Assembly: GCF_003918875.1 (NCBI RefSeq)
Contig: NW_025766447.1
Coordinates: forward strand, 3,844,001-3,908,000
DNA from: Haliotis rubra
Taxonomy: Eukaryota
DNA: 64,000 bases
Direction of reading: 5' to 3'
A program made the translations under genes and the position numbers. The notes beneath the pieces were generated by a model. That model was not told the DNA's origin. It saw only the letters and a list, made by a program, of their open reading frames with translations, and ran no database searches. Positions 26,913 through 41,900 of the stretch are shown piece by piece (the first letter of the stretch is position 1; each line of letters starts with the position of its first letter).

Positions 26913-26978
26913 AGTGAATGAGTTGGGTTTTACGCCGCTGTTACCAATATTCCAGCAATAGGCTACCCCATGGCCACC
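26913..26978 (-). mobile_element. SINE family A, internally deleted remnant
   Basis: Tail (TTTTACGCCGCT..AATATTCCAGCAATA) joined directly to head (GGCTACCCCA). Confidence 0.6.
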
Positions 26979-29165
26979 TGGGTAAAAGTGAGGTCTATAG
27001 AAATTAACAAAGGAGTTGGTAGCAATTTAACATCAATGTATTTCCAGGATCACACATGAAGGAAAATTGCCCTAAAAGTCTTTGTGGATAACAAAATTAC
27101 AACAAAAGTTTCTTTAAATCAGGCAAACCCTTATGGCACTTCAGACATAAACAGTACAGACATTAGTTCAATATTACCCTCATTTTCCCTGTCATAGTCA
27201 GTGTTCTGCAGACATCTGCTACTCATGAATGTCATGGCATGAATATATATGTACAAATCTGATAAACAATCTGATCCAAAACTGTCTATTTTGGTCACAT
27301 TCTCTGTCATGTCACCGAAACCTCTTCCTATGGAGGTGTGAGCAGCAGGGACATCCTGTATACAGTCCCCAACCAGCACACGAAGACCCTAGGTTCACCA
27401 GGTGCACTGGTCTGGTATAAAGGGATGGCTTTATTGGGTTAAGGTTCATGAACACATGGTATAGTGTCTTGTGACCAATGGTTCCAGAAGAGGTAGAATC
27501 ATCAGGAACATGTCACCCTGTTCTGATAATTGTCACGTATGTGTTATTCTGTTCATGAAGGCTCTGACAAATTTCAAAACCTGATTGATTGATATATCAA
27601 AATTAATAGAATCATGTGTAATAACAAATTGAAAATATTTTGCTTTCAAACAGTTAACTTGATCAGTCACAACTTCAAATTAACCCTGACACATTTAGAA
27701 CATGTTCAAACAAGATATCTGATTGATGTTCTTTATCAATAAATTAATTAACACTAGATGAATATGATACTCATTAGTAATCACAAATATAATAACACAT
27801 AATTTTATGTTTTGAGTATTTCCAATCATGATTATATTCCTCTCTTCTGAGCATTATATTTGATATGGAAATATTGTCTGGCATTAAAATCAGTCACACA
27901 ATAAACTTTATAATATCTCAGTTGTGCAAGAAACAGGCTTCTCCATGAGCGATCATATATATTCATGGTGTACACTGTTCTGCAAGTAGTATCCCACATC
28001 ACAATACATACAGACACACGTGTCAGTTTTCTACACCTACAAGGGTAGATCTTTGTATTTCTATTTACATATATACATTTATTTTGTTCTAGAAATAATA
28101 GCAAGACTTTGTTATCATGAATATAATTAAATAGCATATTAACATTGGTTTTTATTCCTGCATGGCACCTTTGTAAATGCCCCAGCAACAAGCTGTTATC
28201 ATGGAGAATTCCTATATTCCACAATTGACATGTTTTCCATAATGTAGGTATTGATTGTAAACTGTTTTAAACATATGCACCAATATCTCCCTTGAACAAC
28301 ATGTTTACCCCCCACCCCAATATATACATTCATGTTTAGTGAGAAAGAAGAAATGTTTCAGTTTCTTGTTTCATGGCAGGCGACGTAAAATTCTTTCAAT
28401 GTAAATTAGCCATTTCAAAAGTCAAAACAGTTAAAAGTCTCTTCAAATTAATTGACAAACAAATTTGATTTCAATGACTATTTCTAAACATCACATGAGC
28501 AATTCACACCTATTAGTAACTTAATAAATTGAGCATATTTTGGCACTTTTTCAAACTGATTATCTATTCCATTCTGTTAACATAATTACAAGATACTTTT
28601 GTGAACAAGAATGCCAAGTAACATTGCCGCATACACCTCATGCATATATGCTAACACATAATGTGTCCAAGCTCTCTCACAGCCTATCCCTAATAGTTGA
28701 ATGATGAATACATGAATAACATTGCATATAAAATGGTGGTGGCAGAATCAGGTCCCTAAATACAATTCACGATTTGAAATACAAGATAATTCTTGCATAT
28801 AAACTCTTTTACAACAGCATAATTGTAGAAAAGATTATTTACAGACATATGAGACATAATGAAGTGTGAATATTTTCTTATGTAGACAGGACAGTGATAA
28901 AGAAGAGGTTGTTGTGTTGGGAGATCGACAGACCTGCCAGTGATTTCATAGCTTCTATAGATAACATAGTATAGTAACTCCATCTAGGCTTTCTTGGTTC
29001 ACATGGTTCATTCTTGCTTGGTCAGTGCCTCAAACAATCGAAACATAATATCTTTCAAATAAAAGTACAATTATTAAATTCAAAATCAGTATTCGAATGC
29101 TGTGAAAGTCGGTTAATCCAGAAGCTACCCAATCACATAATCAGGCAATAATAAATTTCTGGGTG

Positions 29166-29264
29166 AATAATGGGTATGGGGTAGTTACAATAATGGGTAT
29201 GGGGTAGTTCCAATAATGGGTATGGGGTAGTTCCAATAATGGGTATGGGGTAGTTCCAATAATG
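29166..29264. repeat. 23-bp tandem repeat, ~4 copies
   Basis: Unit AATAATGGGTATGGGGTAGTTCC. Confidence 0.9.
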
Positions 29265-29672
29265 TAAACACCATTCAGAACATTTCTGGATGAACTGAAT
29301 TTCATGAAACTAACTTACTTGAAAGCTGTTTATATATATAAAACATGCAAAAGAAAGTTAATTAAAATATGTTTTGTATAAAAAAATACTTTTTTCAGAA
29401 AATCAGTATTGAAATTTTGGGTAAATCATTTAAAATATGAGGACTATTTCACATGTAAACCAAGAAGTATAAAGTGTGGCCTGAACATTCTGTCACACAA
29501 GGGTCAGCACCCTTGTAGTGTTGTATACAACCAGCAGTGCGGGACAATGGTTCTTCCTGTTAGTGCTGGTAGCTGTTGGTTGATATATCCCGTATCAGTC
29601 AGTACATTGTTTCGATTATGCTATGTGTTCCATAATATATCTTCCAACACACAGCAAGAGTCTGTCATTGTG

Positions 29673-29744
29673 AGGATCCAAAGCTGGACCCTCAACCACA
29701 GGATCCAAAGCTGGTCCATGAACCACAGGATCCAAAGCTGGACC
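29673..29744. repeat. 27-bp tandem repeat, ~2.6 copies
   Basis: GGATCCAAAGCTGG..AACCACA units. Confidence 0.85.
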
Positions 29745-29858
29745 GTGTTGGCTGGTGACTTGTCACAACAAGAACAGGACTTATACAGAAATTGTCACTA
29801 TATTGCACCCAGTTTCCTGTGACGAGCTTGTGTCCTTGCACATTTCTGCATGTTCCCA

Positions 29859-29966
29859 TCACCTCTCAGTGTTATTTAGGCTTTCCGCCCGTTTGCGTAC
29901 GTGAGCAAGCATGTCAAGACAGACTGTTGACAAACTCTGGTCGATCAGCTTCTGCGGCAGCCAGCC
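29859..29966 (-). CDS. STARD3: STARD3 last coding exon (GWLPQKLIDQSLSTVCLDMLAHVRKRAESLNNTER*)
   Basis: TTACAG acceptor, START C-terminal helix, TGA at 29859-29861. Confidence 0.92.
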   Translation of the reverse strand, partial: GWLPQKLIDQSLSTVCLDMLAHVRKRAESLNNTER

Positions 29967-32900
29967 CTGTAAACAAACAACAGGGTCCATATGATTTTAC
30001 TGCAAGTAAAACTATTAAACACCAGTATCAATGAACAGTTGCCAATGATGAAATATGATCATATATTTAACAAGGGCAGTTGTGAATATTGATAGCTCAG
30101 CACACATTCTCTCATTTCATTGAAGTACTTCTTTTTAATTCAACTGATTTCATTACACACTTGTTGTGCCTAAGAAAACTGTCATCATTTTAACCTAAGC
30201 ATAAATGAAGTAATAATGTTTCAATTGTAACTACTGAGATCTTAGTTTCAAAGAAAAGGTCTGTTTTGCTCAATAAAATAGGGATTTCATAAAATTGTTT
30301 ATTGAATGCATAATGGGTTCCATGAAAGAAGAAAGAATTCAATATATTTCTGTGAGTCAAACTTCTAAACCTTTGCAATCTAAGCAAATTTGTTTCAGTT
30401 CAAGTACAAATAGACTCCATATCCCGATGCCACACTGCCCCCTTACAACAGGCATGTCCATTCCACCTGTCTAACTGGTCTAACGGGCATTTGGGTGTCT
30501 CTTGTACAACAGGCATGTGCTGTCCCCTGTCTAATGGGCATGTGGGTGTCCCTTGTACAACAGGCATGTGCTGTCCCCTGTCTAACGGGCATGTGGGTGT
30601 CTTGTACAACAGGCATGTGCTGTCCCCTGTCTAACGGGCATGTGGGTGTCCTCTTGTACAACAGGCATTTGCTGCCCCCCTGTCTAACGGGCATGTGGGT
30701 GTCCCTTGTACAACAGGCATGTGCTGCCTCCTGTCTAACGAGCATGTGGGGCATTTTGTGTGCTTGTCCCTTGTACAATGTGGGTGTCCCTTGTACAACA
30801 GGCATGTGCTGCCTCCTGTCTAACGGGCATGTGGGTGTCCCTTGTACAACAGGCATGTGCTGCCCCCTGTCTAACGGGCATGTGGGTGTCCCCTGTACAA
30901 CAGGCATGTGCTGCCTCCTGTCTAACGGGCATGTGGGTGTCTCCTTGTACAACAGGCATGTGCTGTTCTTGCCTCCTCACCTTGAGGTTTGTGTTGAGCA
31001 GCCAGACGAAGATACACTGATCAGGCTCCCCTGGGACAGGTTTGAAGCCCCAGCCTCCTGGGCCGTTCTCACCCCTGAAACACACACACACATTTTAAGC
31101 CAGCCCCTAAACAATGGGATTAATGAAACACACACAACACTGTTAAAGCTGCCACTAACACAAGAACATGGGATTGATGGCCGCAACAGAATTTCTAAAA
31201 ATGTCAACATCTATCAACATGGGTGACATGCTGCCACTCAAAGTGAACCACAAAGATGTCATTTGTGTCCTTAAACTACACAACGTCTCATCTATCTCCT
31301 GAAACTGCCAGTATCTGGGAGATTCTTCACTCAGTGACTCACTCATTGTCCAGGGACCAAATTTCCAGCAGTGTATGATGAGTGAGTGAATTGGGCTTGA
31401 CACCAACTTTAACTGTAATTTCAGTTGTATCACTGCATGCCAACTTGATATGAGAGGAAAACATGTTGTTATGCAGATCTCAAAGTTCTGCCCTGTCTAA
31501 TATATAACTAACTACTATATAAAGCAACAAATAGTCAGGGCTTCCTGTTATGTCTAAGGGGCATATCTGTGCCAAGGAATCCAGGCAAGTATGACTGTGC
31601 AAAGCAAATTGCAGCACCTTATCATCCAAACAAACTTACATTCAGGCAACAACACCTTGAGATATAATCATCCCAACACAATCTAATTTCCAAAGATCTT
31701 TACACCCCATAATTCCAACAGAGACACGCAAATTTCCAAGCATTTCTTAATGTGTATTGCAAGAACTCACCTGACATATTTCTTTTGTGGTGGCATTTCT
31801 GGATGTGTGGTAGCAATGCCTGCTGACATGTAAGTGCCATCCTTGACGCCCCAGTGTCTCACGGTGACGAAGTCCCTGCTGGTGATGAGGCCGCCACCAC
31901 CCTCAGCAGCGACATTGTAAGAGACATCTGTGTTGTCATTTATGACTTGCAATGTCTGCAAGGAATGGGGAATCTTTAGCTAATGAAGGAGTTTATAATA
32001 ATATCGGAAGATTGATTGACTTGTGTACACTTACAAATGGTGACATACATGAAAGTGCTGATTTAGCAGAAAACACCCACTTATTTAATCCCTCAAGACC
32101 ACCCATCACCTACACACATCTGATAGGGAGGGTCATAATGATAACCCCTGGTTTGCCTGGCCCAGGCCCAAACAAACATTCCCTCACTCACTCTTACCAT
32201 AATCATGTCCCTGGTAGTAGTCAGTGAGTATGGTTTTATGTCACTTTAGGCATTTCAGCAACACACCAGAAATGGGCTTCACACATTGTACCATGTGGGT
32301 AATAAAAGCAACTGCTGCCATGCTTCATGACACTCCTGTAATGTAAAGATTAAGCTGGTCCTCGTCTACTCACCCTGCACTCAATCACAGTGGGGTTCCA
32401 GTCCGGCTGCTCACTCTGATTGGTCACTATCTCACGAAACAGATCAGCTGGACTCAGCTCCACTAAACCCTGAAAAGCACAAATGTTCCGTTAGCAAAGA
32501 TATCAGGAGAGTCCAGTAGAACAAGGCATCAGAACAGCCCAGTAGAACAGATAACAGACTAGGTTACCATAGTCTGATAATGGAGAATGTCTTTACACAC
32601 ACACACACAATCCCACATTTTCATTCTTCATAGTACAAAGGGATTTTCCTCCCAAAGTGTTGATAACAGCCCTGAAGTGCTCTTCATATTTTGTGTAACA
32701 CTCTCCAAGGGTTTTAAGAAAAGTAAGATTCTTTATGGAACATTCTGCGTTCTAAAATGCCAATCAAACAGATCTCCAAGTGTTTGTTTATACTTGTGTA
32801 ACCTTCATTAAGTGTTGTCCATTTCCTTGTTTGACTCCCAAAGAATGTAAAGGACACCATAAATTATTTGCATCATGACAGTCAAACCAATGTCAACACT

Positions 32901-35900
32901 ACACTATGCCTCATTTGCAGGCTTCAGACACCTGTACTTCCTGACTCCCTACACCCCCATAAGTGGCCAAGCCTCACCTGCAGCCTGAAGACCTTGCCGT
33001 GTGTGGGCACAGTCCTGCTGTGAACGCACCCTCCTGTGGGGTCAGTCCCAGCTTCCTTCTTCCATTCTGAGTCGTCACTAGTGATCATGTCCCACATGTT
33101 GTTCCACGCACTCAGGCCGATACTCAGGTAGTCTACCTCCTGCAAAGTCAGCACACATTCAAACCTTTTGTCTCAGATTAACTAACCTAACAGTAGTTGT
33201 ATTGGACAGAAAATACAAATCTCTAAGCTTCAGTGTTTACTAACTTCTTGGCATGCCTTATCTAGTTGACAGTATTTGGGTATTTATTGAACTTTGTCCC
33301 TGTTTGTTTGTTTGTTTAACACTGCACTAAGCAATATTGCTGCAATGATGTTTGTAAATAATGGACAAGACAATCATATGATAGACATTATGAGCATTGA
33401 TGTCAGCAACTTGGATACGCATCAACCAAGTCAGCAAGCCCCACCATTCATTCCTGTTAGTCGCCTCTTACAACAAACATGGTTGCTCTAGATCAAATCT
33501 AAGTAGGATCTTCACGGGGACAGTAGAAGTCAGCCTATTGTTTAAGGAAGTAAAAAATCAATGCATGCTGTTATGAACAACAGATGATATCATATTTTAT
33601 TGTTTTGAACAATATATACTGGACAAAAATAGTTAGGGATATATGTAAATTTTGAAATTATGAATAATGATCTATTTATTCATTGACACACTGATAAAAT
33701 ATCAATCATAAAAATACCAATATCCCTAACTTATTTTGTCCAGTCTATGACAACACAGCATCAAACTAAGGGTATGATATCGTATTTAACATACAATTTA
33801 GAGAGCTTGGTGCTTTAAACCAATATATATTGATCTGGATCTGTTCTAAGGACAAGTAGACATCATCCTAATTCATCATTTACTTGCATATTGTCAGCGC
33901 CACTTTACTTTAAAAAAACTTACAAAACTTTCAATTATTTCTCAACTTTTATTTTACTGTGAAGCCAAGATTCCCCCCATGTACAGTATAACTGGATGAA
34001 GGGTTTGCATCATTGTAGATCAATGTGGATACTAGGGTATATTTTTCCTTAAGGTTTGTAATATTCCGTTTGATTCTCTGATTCAACAGGTGATGATGTC
34101 AGGATATAGCTTTCACAGTGTAGCCAACAGGCAAAACTAACATCAGGGCTGACAGACTTGACGTGTGATATGTGGCTTATCACGCGGGCTTCGCTGAGAA
34201 ACAGGTCTTAAGGGGGAATTTCGTGCTGGAATGTTTAAATCAAATACAACTGCCCTCAGGATATGGTTGTACTACCAGACAAATTGTCATACTGTCTATC
34301 AAACTGCATAATTAACAATTTCCTGTATCAGGGTTGCTCATGATGTACTCAATACCCCTGACATTCCTGTCACCTTCACAACTTGTCACCTAGACACAGG
34401 CCTACATCACCATGACAACACACCATATAGACTGTCCTACATGAACAAATCCCTCCACAGCCTCAACTCATGAACAGCCCGGTTTTGCTGTACAGTAAAC
34501 TCTACATAATGAGGTGAGGTGAAATTGGGTTTAACGTCGTGCTTGAGAATATTTCGCTCATATGACGACGTGCATGCATGTGTATGTGTAGGTGCGACTG
34601 CTTGTACTAGCTCAGACTGAAGCTGGTTTTATAGTGCTAGCTCACTGAGATACCATGCCGCAGTGAAGTATGAATACCCCACTCAGACACATTATACTGA
34701 CTCCGAGCCGACCAGTCCTTGATGTACCCATTAATGCCGAGCGCCAGGCAGGGACCAACAAGTACCATATTTTAACGTCTTTTGGTATGACGCGGCCGGG
34801 GATCGAACCCGCGACCTTCCACTCTCCGGGCGGACGCTCTAACCACTACACCATGGTGGCGGTCCTCTACATAATGACCCTTACTGAACAAAACTATAAT
34901 CATTGCAAAGACTGGTTACTGTATTAAAGACTTCATAATCCTATAATGATACATAGACATCTTCCGATGTTTAAAAATACTTATTCTTCAAGTTTGTTGT
35001 TGACAAACTCTACGTCTCAACATTTGCTAAGGACATAAATAGCGTTCTCAAAATTACGGTCATAAGCAAATGGTAAATAGTATAATTTGCTTTTTGTTGT
35101 ATTCATAATTAACAATCATTTGCTTTTATGCATTATTCAATGTTCCATTACAGGTCTTCGGAACAAATATTAGACCATCTAACATTCGCCAGTAATTTTG
35201 TGTGTCATATTTAAGCTGAAGTTCCTGAAGGTACTTAAAAGTTGGACACACATGAATACATGACACGGTTTTATGGATAACAACGTCTTTTTATTCTTTA
35301 TACAACGTTTCAGAGCTAATTCTTGCTCGTTCAGGTGAATGAAGGAGCAAGAATTAGCTCTGAAATGTCGTATATTACGTGTCATGCAGTTTCAAATTTT
35401 AAACAGGTTGCCAATGGCACTATATAAGTATGTGAAGAGAAAAAGGAAGTCATTTGTTGGTTAATACAGGACGATACCTCCCAATACCCAAACACTAACA
35501 TAGTGCCAGGGCTACTCTCCAAATCTTCTCACATATAATTCAATTCCTACAAACAGTCCTACTATTTGTAACATTGCCCTACCTGTTTGTTGCTCTGTCC
35601 TGTGGCGGGGACGCTGTAGAACCGGTCACGGGCCTGCTTGTCAGTTTCTTCATCAGACCCTGTAATGAAACAACACCATTGATGACAAGCTCACTATATC
35701 CATCCAAGGGTTCAACATCAGGGCCAGTACATGTCTTACAACTTCTCTCTCTATAATACAGGTGAAAGTAGGAGTGACAGTAGTGAGTAAGTTATAGTTG
35801 AGTTTATAGCTGCTTTCAACAGTATTTCAATTATATCAGAGCAAGGTGCCCAAGGGACACAACTGTGCACAGCACCTCAGACCCTGGACCATCCATGCTG

Positions 35901-38900
35901 CTGTCAATCTCCAATGTTTACACTGATTGAACTCATGAGCAGGGTTGTCAAACAAACCCAACCGCATGATCAGGGTGAAGCTTGACTCATAGTGAGTGAG
36001 TGAGTGGGTGAGTATGGTTTTACGCCACTTTTGGCAATATTCCTGCAATATCACGGTGGGGGACACCAGAAATTGGCCTCACACACTCTACCCATGTGGG
36101 TTATCAAACCCAGGTCTTCGACATGATGACCTACCCCACTGCCCCATGACTCAAAGTGAAAGTCCTGCCAAACATCTACATCAAAAACATTGGTGTACTT
36201 TGGTGTTTTAAGAGAGACTGGTTCTATGCAACTTTAAGCACATTCTAGTGTTGTCACAGGTGAACAAAATCATGTGAGGGTTTGAACCATGGCCATTTCA
36301 TATTCTTTGTCTTTTTCAATCATAAATAAACTGAAGCATTATTCTGATCTATGATATGGCACTGACTGTTACTTCTGATAGTTTGTTTATCTGTGCAACA
36401 CCAGGTGCCTTATCAGGAAAACAATCCCTCCTCTGGCCACCAGTGGCAACAACATAAAGTCTGATCTTGACACAGCGTTTCACCAGGAAGGAAATCCATA
36501 TTTAATACGTTCAGAATTACATTCCTGAGTCTGGTGGATTTTTGGGAGGTACTAGGGCACACTTTGATCAGTGTTGGTCTAAACTATGGTTGACAGTAGT
36601 CGTTGGGCTAGCATTTCCATGTTAAGTTAGTGAGTTCGGTTTTACACCGAGTTTAGCAATAATCCAACAATATCCTAGCGGGATCTTTAGATATGCGGAC
36701 ACATCGTACTCATGTGGGGAATCTAACCCGTCTCTAGGATACCCCGACACCTTTATAGGGCCTGGCACTGACAGTACAATAGTCTGTGACTTTAGCCACT
36801 GATCCCAAGCTAGATTCTACTGATTTCTGTTCAGTTCTAATCAGCACAGCTACTAATGTTGAGATAACAACACTAAACTATATTGAAAAGACGCTAGGAG
36901 CCAAGTACAGGGTAGTGAGTTTTTGGCACCAACTGCAACAGGAAATGAAAGACTGGAAGTGGATCACTAGGGAAACATGACACCTGTGAACAACTTCCTG
37001 CTAACACTGTGGATTGTGAAGTTGGAGAGTGTTCAAAACAAATGCTGATAGGTATAGTGTGTCTGATTATGGTCACAACAAGAAGTCCATGAGACAAGTG
37101 AAATCATCTCAAATGCTAACTCAGTCAATGATGCTGTTTAAGCCATTATGTTGATGTCTTGTTGCAGGTGATCCTGAGACTTCAGTAACTATTTTGAAGA
37201 TGTACTGTAAACAAATAGAATTAATCCACAACTTGGTTTAGGTCACAGAAATCACTTGAATCTGTTTATTCCAGTTCCAGAATTAACAGATTCAACCCAT
37301 TTCTTTATTACAGAGCAAAGAAAGTAGACCACATCAATTATTAATTCCAAAGCTAGTAAGTCTACCAGATATAAGAGCATCCCATTCAATATACTGTTTT
37401 GGTTCAAGCTCTAAACGAAAAGAAATTTTTGAGGAACATATGCATGAAATTGTCTTCAGACACAAACCCCACCACCACCACCCACCCCACCCCTCTCCCC
37501 CATATTCATGACTATTTCTTCTGTCCTGTATATTTAAGTGCGATACATTAGATCGTCCAAGTGTTGACAACACAGCAGTGGAACTAATTGCTATTGACAA
37601 GGCATTTTCCCATAGAGTAAAGTGTTATCAAGCATACAAATCTCTTTCCTGTGTTGCACAAGACCACCTGCACCATGCTAGATGATAGGGTAATAATAAC
37701 ATCCCTTGCAGCTGCAGCGTTATCCAGCGTATCACACCCTTGGGGTAGGGAGCTAAATCTATGTATCATGTATATGAGCCTTTCATCCATTATTCACATC
37801 TCCAACTATTATTATGACACTGACTCTGTGAAACAATAAATATCACATACAGTGATTGCTGTATACATGTATAGTAATTGTAATTAACTGAGTGGGTGAC
37901 TGATTACTGCTGGTTAATACACCAGCAATCAGCAATCCACAAGCCTTTTAAGTGTCACTCAGTATCAGTCATGTTGAATGTCTAGCACCAAACAGAAAAC
38001 AATTTCTCTTTTGGCTTCACAAAATTCATTAAACCCCTCACATATACTGAATTAAAAGACAGAGATCATGAATACTTCAGTGGACATTTTTAACATAATT
38101 GTGTTCACAGTCTTCACAACAAAAACATAACCTCCCAAAATAATTACAATCCCTAACTTTTTTATTGTCTGGTATAGTAAAAGCATTTTCCAATGGATAA
38201 GAAATGCAGTGATTTCATTGAGGTCTGCCATAGACATACAGGACCCCACATGTGCTTCCAAGTATTGACTAGCAGATCAGCACGGAGGCCACGAAGTAAT
38301 CACTGCTGAGGTGTTTGTTCCCGTGACTGACTGATTCTAATAAATATCTTATAACAAAGCAAGGTTTGATACAGCAAGGGCTTGGCTTCCCCCACAACAC
38401 TGTCCTTTCAGAGAAACATAGAGCTCTGTGAGAGACTAGTCAGTGTATTGATACTGGGTGGGACAGTTGGAGCATAAAGAGATGGTTGGATGTGACGTAG
38501 TAATGCAACACTGGAACACTGGGAGCATGACGTAGTGTACAGTGTACAGTCACTGGTATACTTGGAGCATGACGTAGTGTACAGTGTATAGTCACTGGTA
38601 TACTTGGAGTGTGACGCATCTGCAGTGAGCAGCACTGTCAACATTATTACCGGTAATGCCTATTGACACTGATAACACTTGGTGACTGACAGCGATACTG
38701 AAGACACATACTAGATGCTATCACTACAGGATAGTTTGGATGGATAGATATGTTAAATTTAAGTATTCCTACACCCCTAACACATAAAAATACAGACGTT
38801 TGAAATTGTATTAATATCTGAAGATATCTCATAGATAAATGTACTGAATCTAGAGTTGAATGTTAACTCTTATTGCTGTGTTTTGCTGTGCAATCTAACA

Positions 38901-41900
38901 CTTTGATTACAACTGATAACATCATGGTTTCTTGCCCAGATCAGGAAGTTTTCAATCGAAAAGGGTCAGGGTGATATACAATCCAGTGAGTGAAAGATTT
39001 TTTAACAAGACAGGAACGCAATCCGCCCATAACGTACAACTGCCGCGACAGATGGAGGGGGATACATGTGGTGTGCTGGTCGTGGGGACACACCCACTTA
39101 CTATACAGCTTATTTCGTGACAAGTCTTCATGTGCATACAACACACAATGCACAGTTTAGATCGTGGAGTGTTGAGGCACCTTGTAGCAAATAGATGTGG
39201 ACTAAACAAACAACTTGACACTCACAATGATTTATATGTGAAAGGTGTAAACTATTCTGATAGTTACATATATCTAGGTATATCAAACTATCTTGGTTGG
39301 TAGTTTAAGTATCTACCTGTATAAAACTATGTTGGCTGGTAATATAAGTATCCTGTATAAAACTATGTTGGTTGGTAATATAAGTATCTACCTGTATAAA
39401 ACTATGTTGGTTGGTAATATAAGCATCTACCTGTATAAAACTATGTTGGCTGGTAATATAAGTATCTACCTGTATAAAACTATGTTGGTTGGTAATACAT
39501 ATATAAGTATCTACCTGTATAAAACTATGTTGGTTGGTAATATAAGCATCTACCTGTATAAAACTATGTTGGCTGGTAATATAAGTATCTACCTGTATAA
39601 AGCTATGTTGGCTGGTAATATAAGTATCTACCTGTATAAAGCTATGTTGGCTGGTAATATAAGTATCTACCTGTATAAAACTATGTTGGTTGGTAATATA
39701 AGTATCTACCTGTATAAAACTATGTTGGTTGGTAATATAAGTATCTACCTGTATAAAACTATGTTGGTTGGTAATATAAGTATCTACCTGTATAAAGCTA
39801 TGTTGGCTGGTAATATAAGTATCTACCTGTATAAAGCTATGTTGGCTGGTAGCATTATTATCTAATTGTACAAAACAATGTTGGTAGGAAATATATGTAT
39901 CTTAGTGTAATAAACTATGTTGTTCAGTAGTATATATAACTGTATAAAACTATGTTGGTAAGGAATATGTATATAGAGCTGTATAAATCTATCAGATCAA
40001 TATAGCTGTTGTGTGTCAACAGTGATTAAATGACTGTAAATACAACAAACTCAAACCTGTAATTGTTGTGTTTACCGTACCCTATGGTATGGACATGTGC
40101 TCTCACTATCAACCACTGGTATGTGTTGCATGCCGTTCATCACTAACTACTTACTAAATTCCTTTCATACATCCACCCACACACAACACTGTTTCATCAG
40201 AACACAGGTAACAAACTTACTCCTAAATTGCAAGACAGTCAAAATCATTTTTAGAACATTTGACGTCAAATCAAGCTCGCATCCCACATACCATACTGTT
40301 GAACTAAGCTGATCCTAGCTGAGAGCTATCAGGATCAGTTTTCTGCAGGATTTATCACCTTCGTGATGGGAAGGTTGACGTAACAAAGACAGCTGATGTG
40401 GAGGAGTGACGGGAAGGGCAGCTTACTGGGGTGACCAAGTCCATCACTGCACCTGACAGCTGGAGAGCCTGTGTCTGGCAGCTAGCCTATACATCAGTTC
40501 TACTCTCACAGACTTACTCCTCTTTTCTTGATCAGACACTCATTTTTGCAATGGTAAGGATACAAAGAGAATTGTGATGACAATGATAGCTACAGTTGTC
40601 AAAACTGATTAAGGAACGGGTTTCAATCTTTCATTCGGATATTTGTAAATATACCAGAGCACCGCTTCTCAATGCGATCTTCGTGATAAGGAGATGATAA
40701 TGTCCATACTTTAACCTAGGATTATGATCATCAAAGAGCTTAGATCACTTTGTGGAACAGGTTCCAGTATCCTAATAATCAGGTACTGATACTAACAGTC
40801 TGAGCTCCTTGCTATAATCATCAAATTTAATTTTCTTTAAGAAACTGTCCAATAAATCCAATTGGTCTTTTTTAATCCCCTTAATGCCTATCAAGACTTC
40901 AAGGAACATATACATGTCCCACTTATATAAACAGAGTCTTGGTTCCATTACAGGCACAGTTATTATCTATGACTAATTACAGGATTCCGTAATGCTATTT
41001 TCCTTCTACACTGTCTGGATTCACCTACGCATTACATCACTGAGAGCCATCAGTCATCAGAATGAGATCCAAAATAGTACTAATGATGCCTCAGTTTGTC
41101 CAAGCCTCAGGAAGGAAGGTGCATGGTGTGTATAAAGTAATTATCACCCCAGATATAACACAAATATTCCCCAGGGCAAAGCAGTCCATGCAAAATGATA
41201 CATATCCACTTTTGGGGGATGAGTTTTTCAGTCTATTGTTATGGCCGCACTTCCTGATGCTGCCCGACAGTTTTATTAGAGCTGTCATATAATGACACCT
41301 CCTGGTGGGAGATTGGTGGCCAGTCTATCCTCCATTAATGAAAGTTATACAGAGTGAAATAGTTCTACATGTCAACAAATATATGACAGAGAAAGAACAA
41401 AACTATATCAGTTTCTTTATCGGTGACAAACTGAGTGGTGAACGTAATGTGCATGAAGTACCACTGATATATCACAAGGGTTGAGATTCTGTTACGATTC
41501 TCCACATTGTGACACATGCCAACTTTTCATGTTTTTGTTCATGACCCTCCAGCAACCTTTTCTAACTTTTTAAATTAAAATCACATTTTGTGAGACATAT
41601 TACATAAATCTTTCACAAGTGAATCATCCACTGTTTCTCCAGCCCTTGCCCAAGATATGTTGATAGTTATATAATATACAACCCACAATGGGTTATTTCC
41701 AAAGACAGGGATAAAGTATATATTGCAAATAGTAACTTTTTGTTGAAATAACTTTTTCCGGAAAAGATACATCTGACAATACATACTCCATAAATAATAC
41801 AACTATTTCATATCTTATGCATGGAAACAAGGAAAATGCTAATTAATTCCATCACAAAGTCAAATCTAATAACTGTTTGGAAACAACCAACAACTTCAAC

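Larger units (their letters stand above)
25740..29858 (-). other. Putative long 3' UTR of STARD3, ending near AATAAA at 25758-25763
   Basis: No credible coding signal after the stop; AATAAA on the minus strand followed by U/GU-rich sequence. The endpoint is inferred only. Confidence 0.35.

Noticed and set aside
30400-31226. Cys-rich 243-aa and 169-aa ORFs
   Set aside because: Translation of a ~51-bp tandem repeat; only 30981-31074 on the minus strand is a real exon.
39293-39865. 190-aa repetitive hydrophobic ORF
   Set aside because: Translation of a 39-bp minisatellite with no splice or start context.
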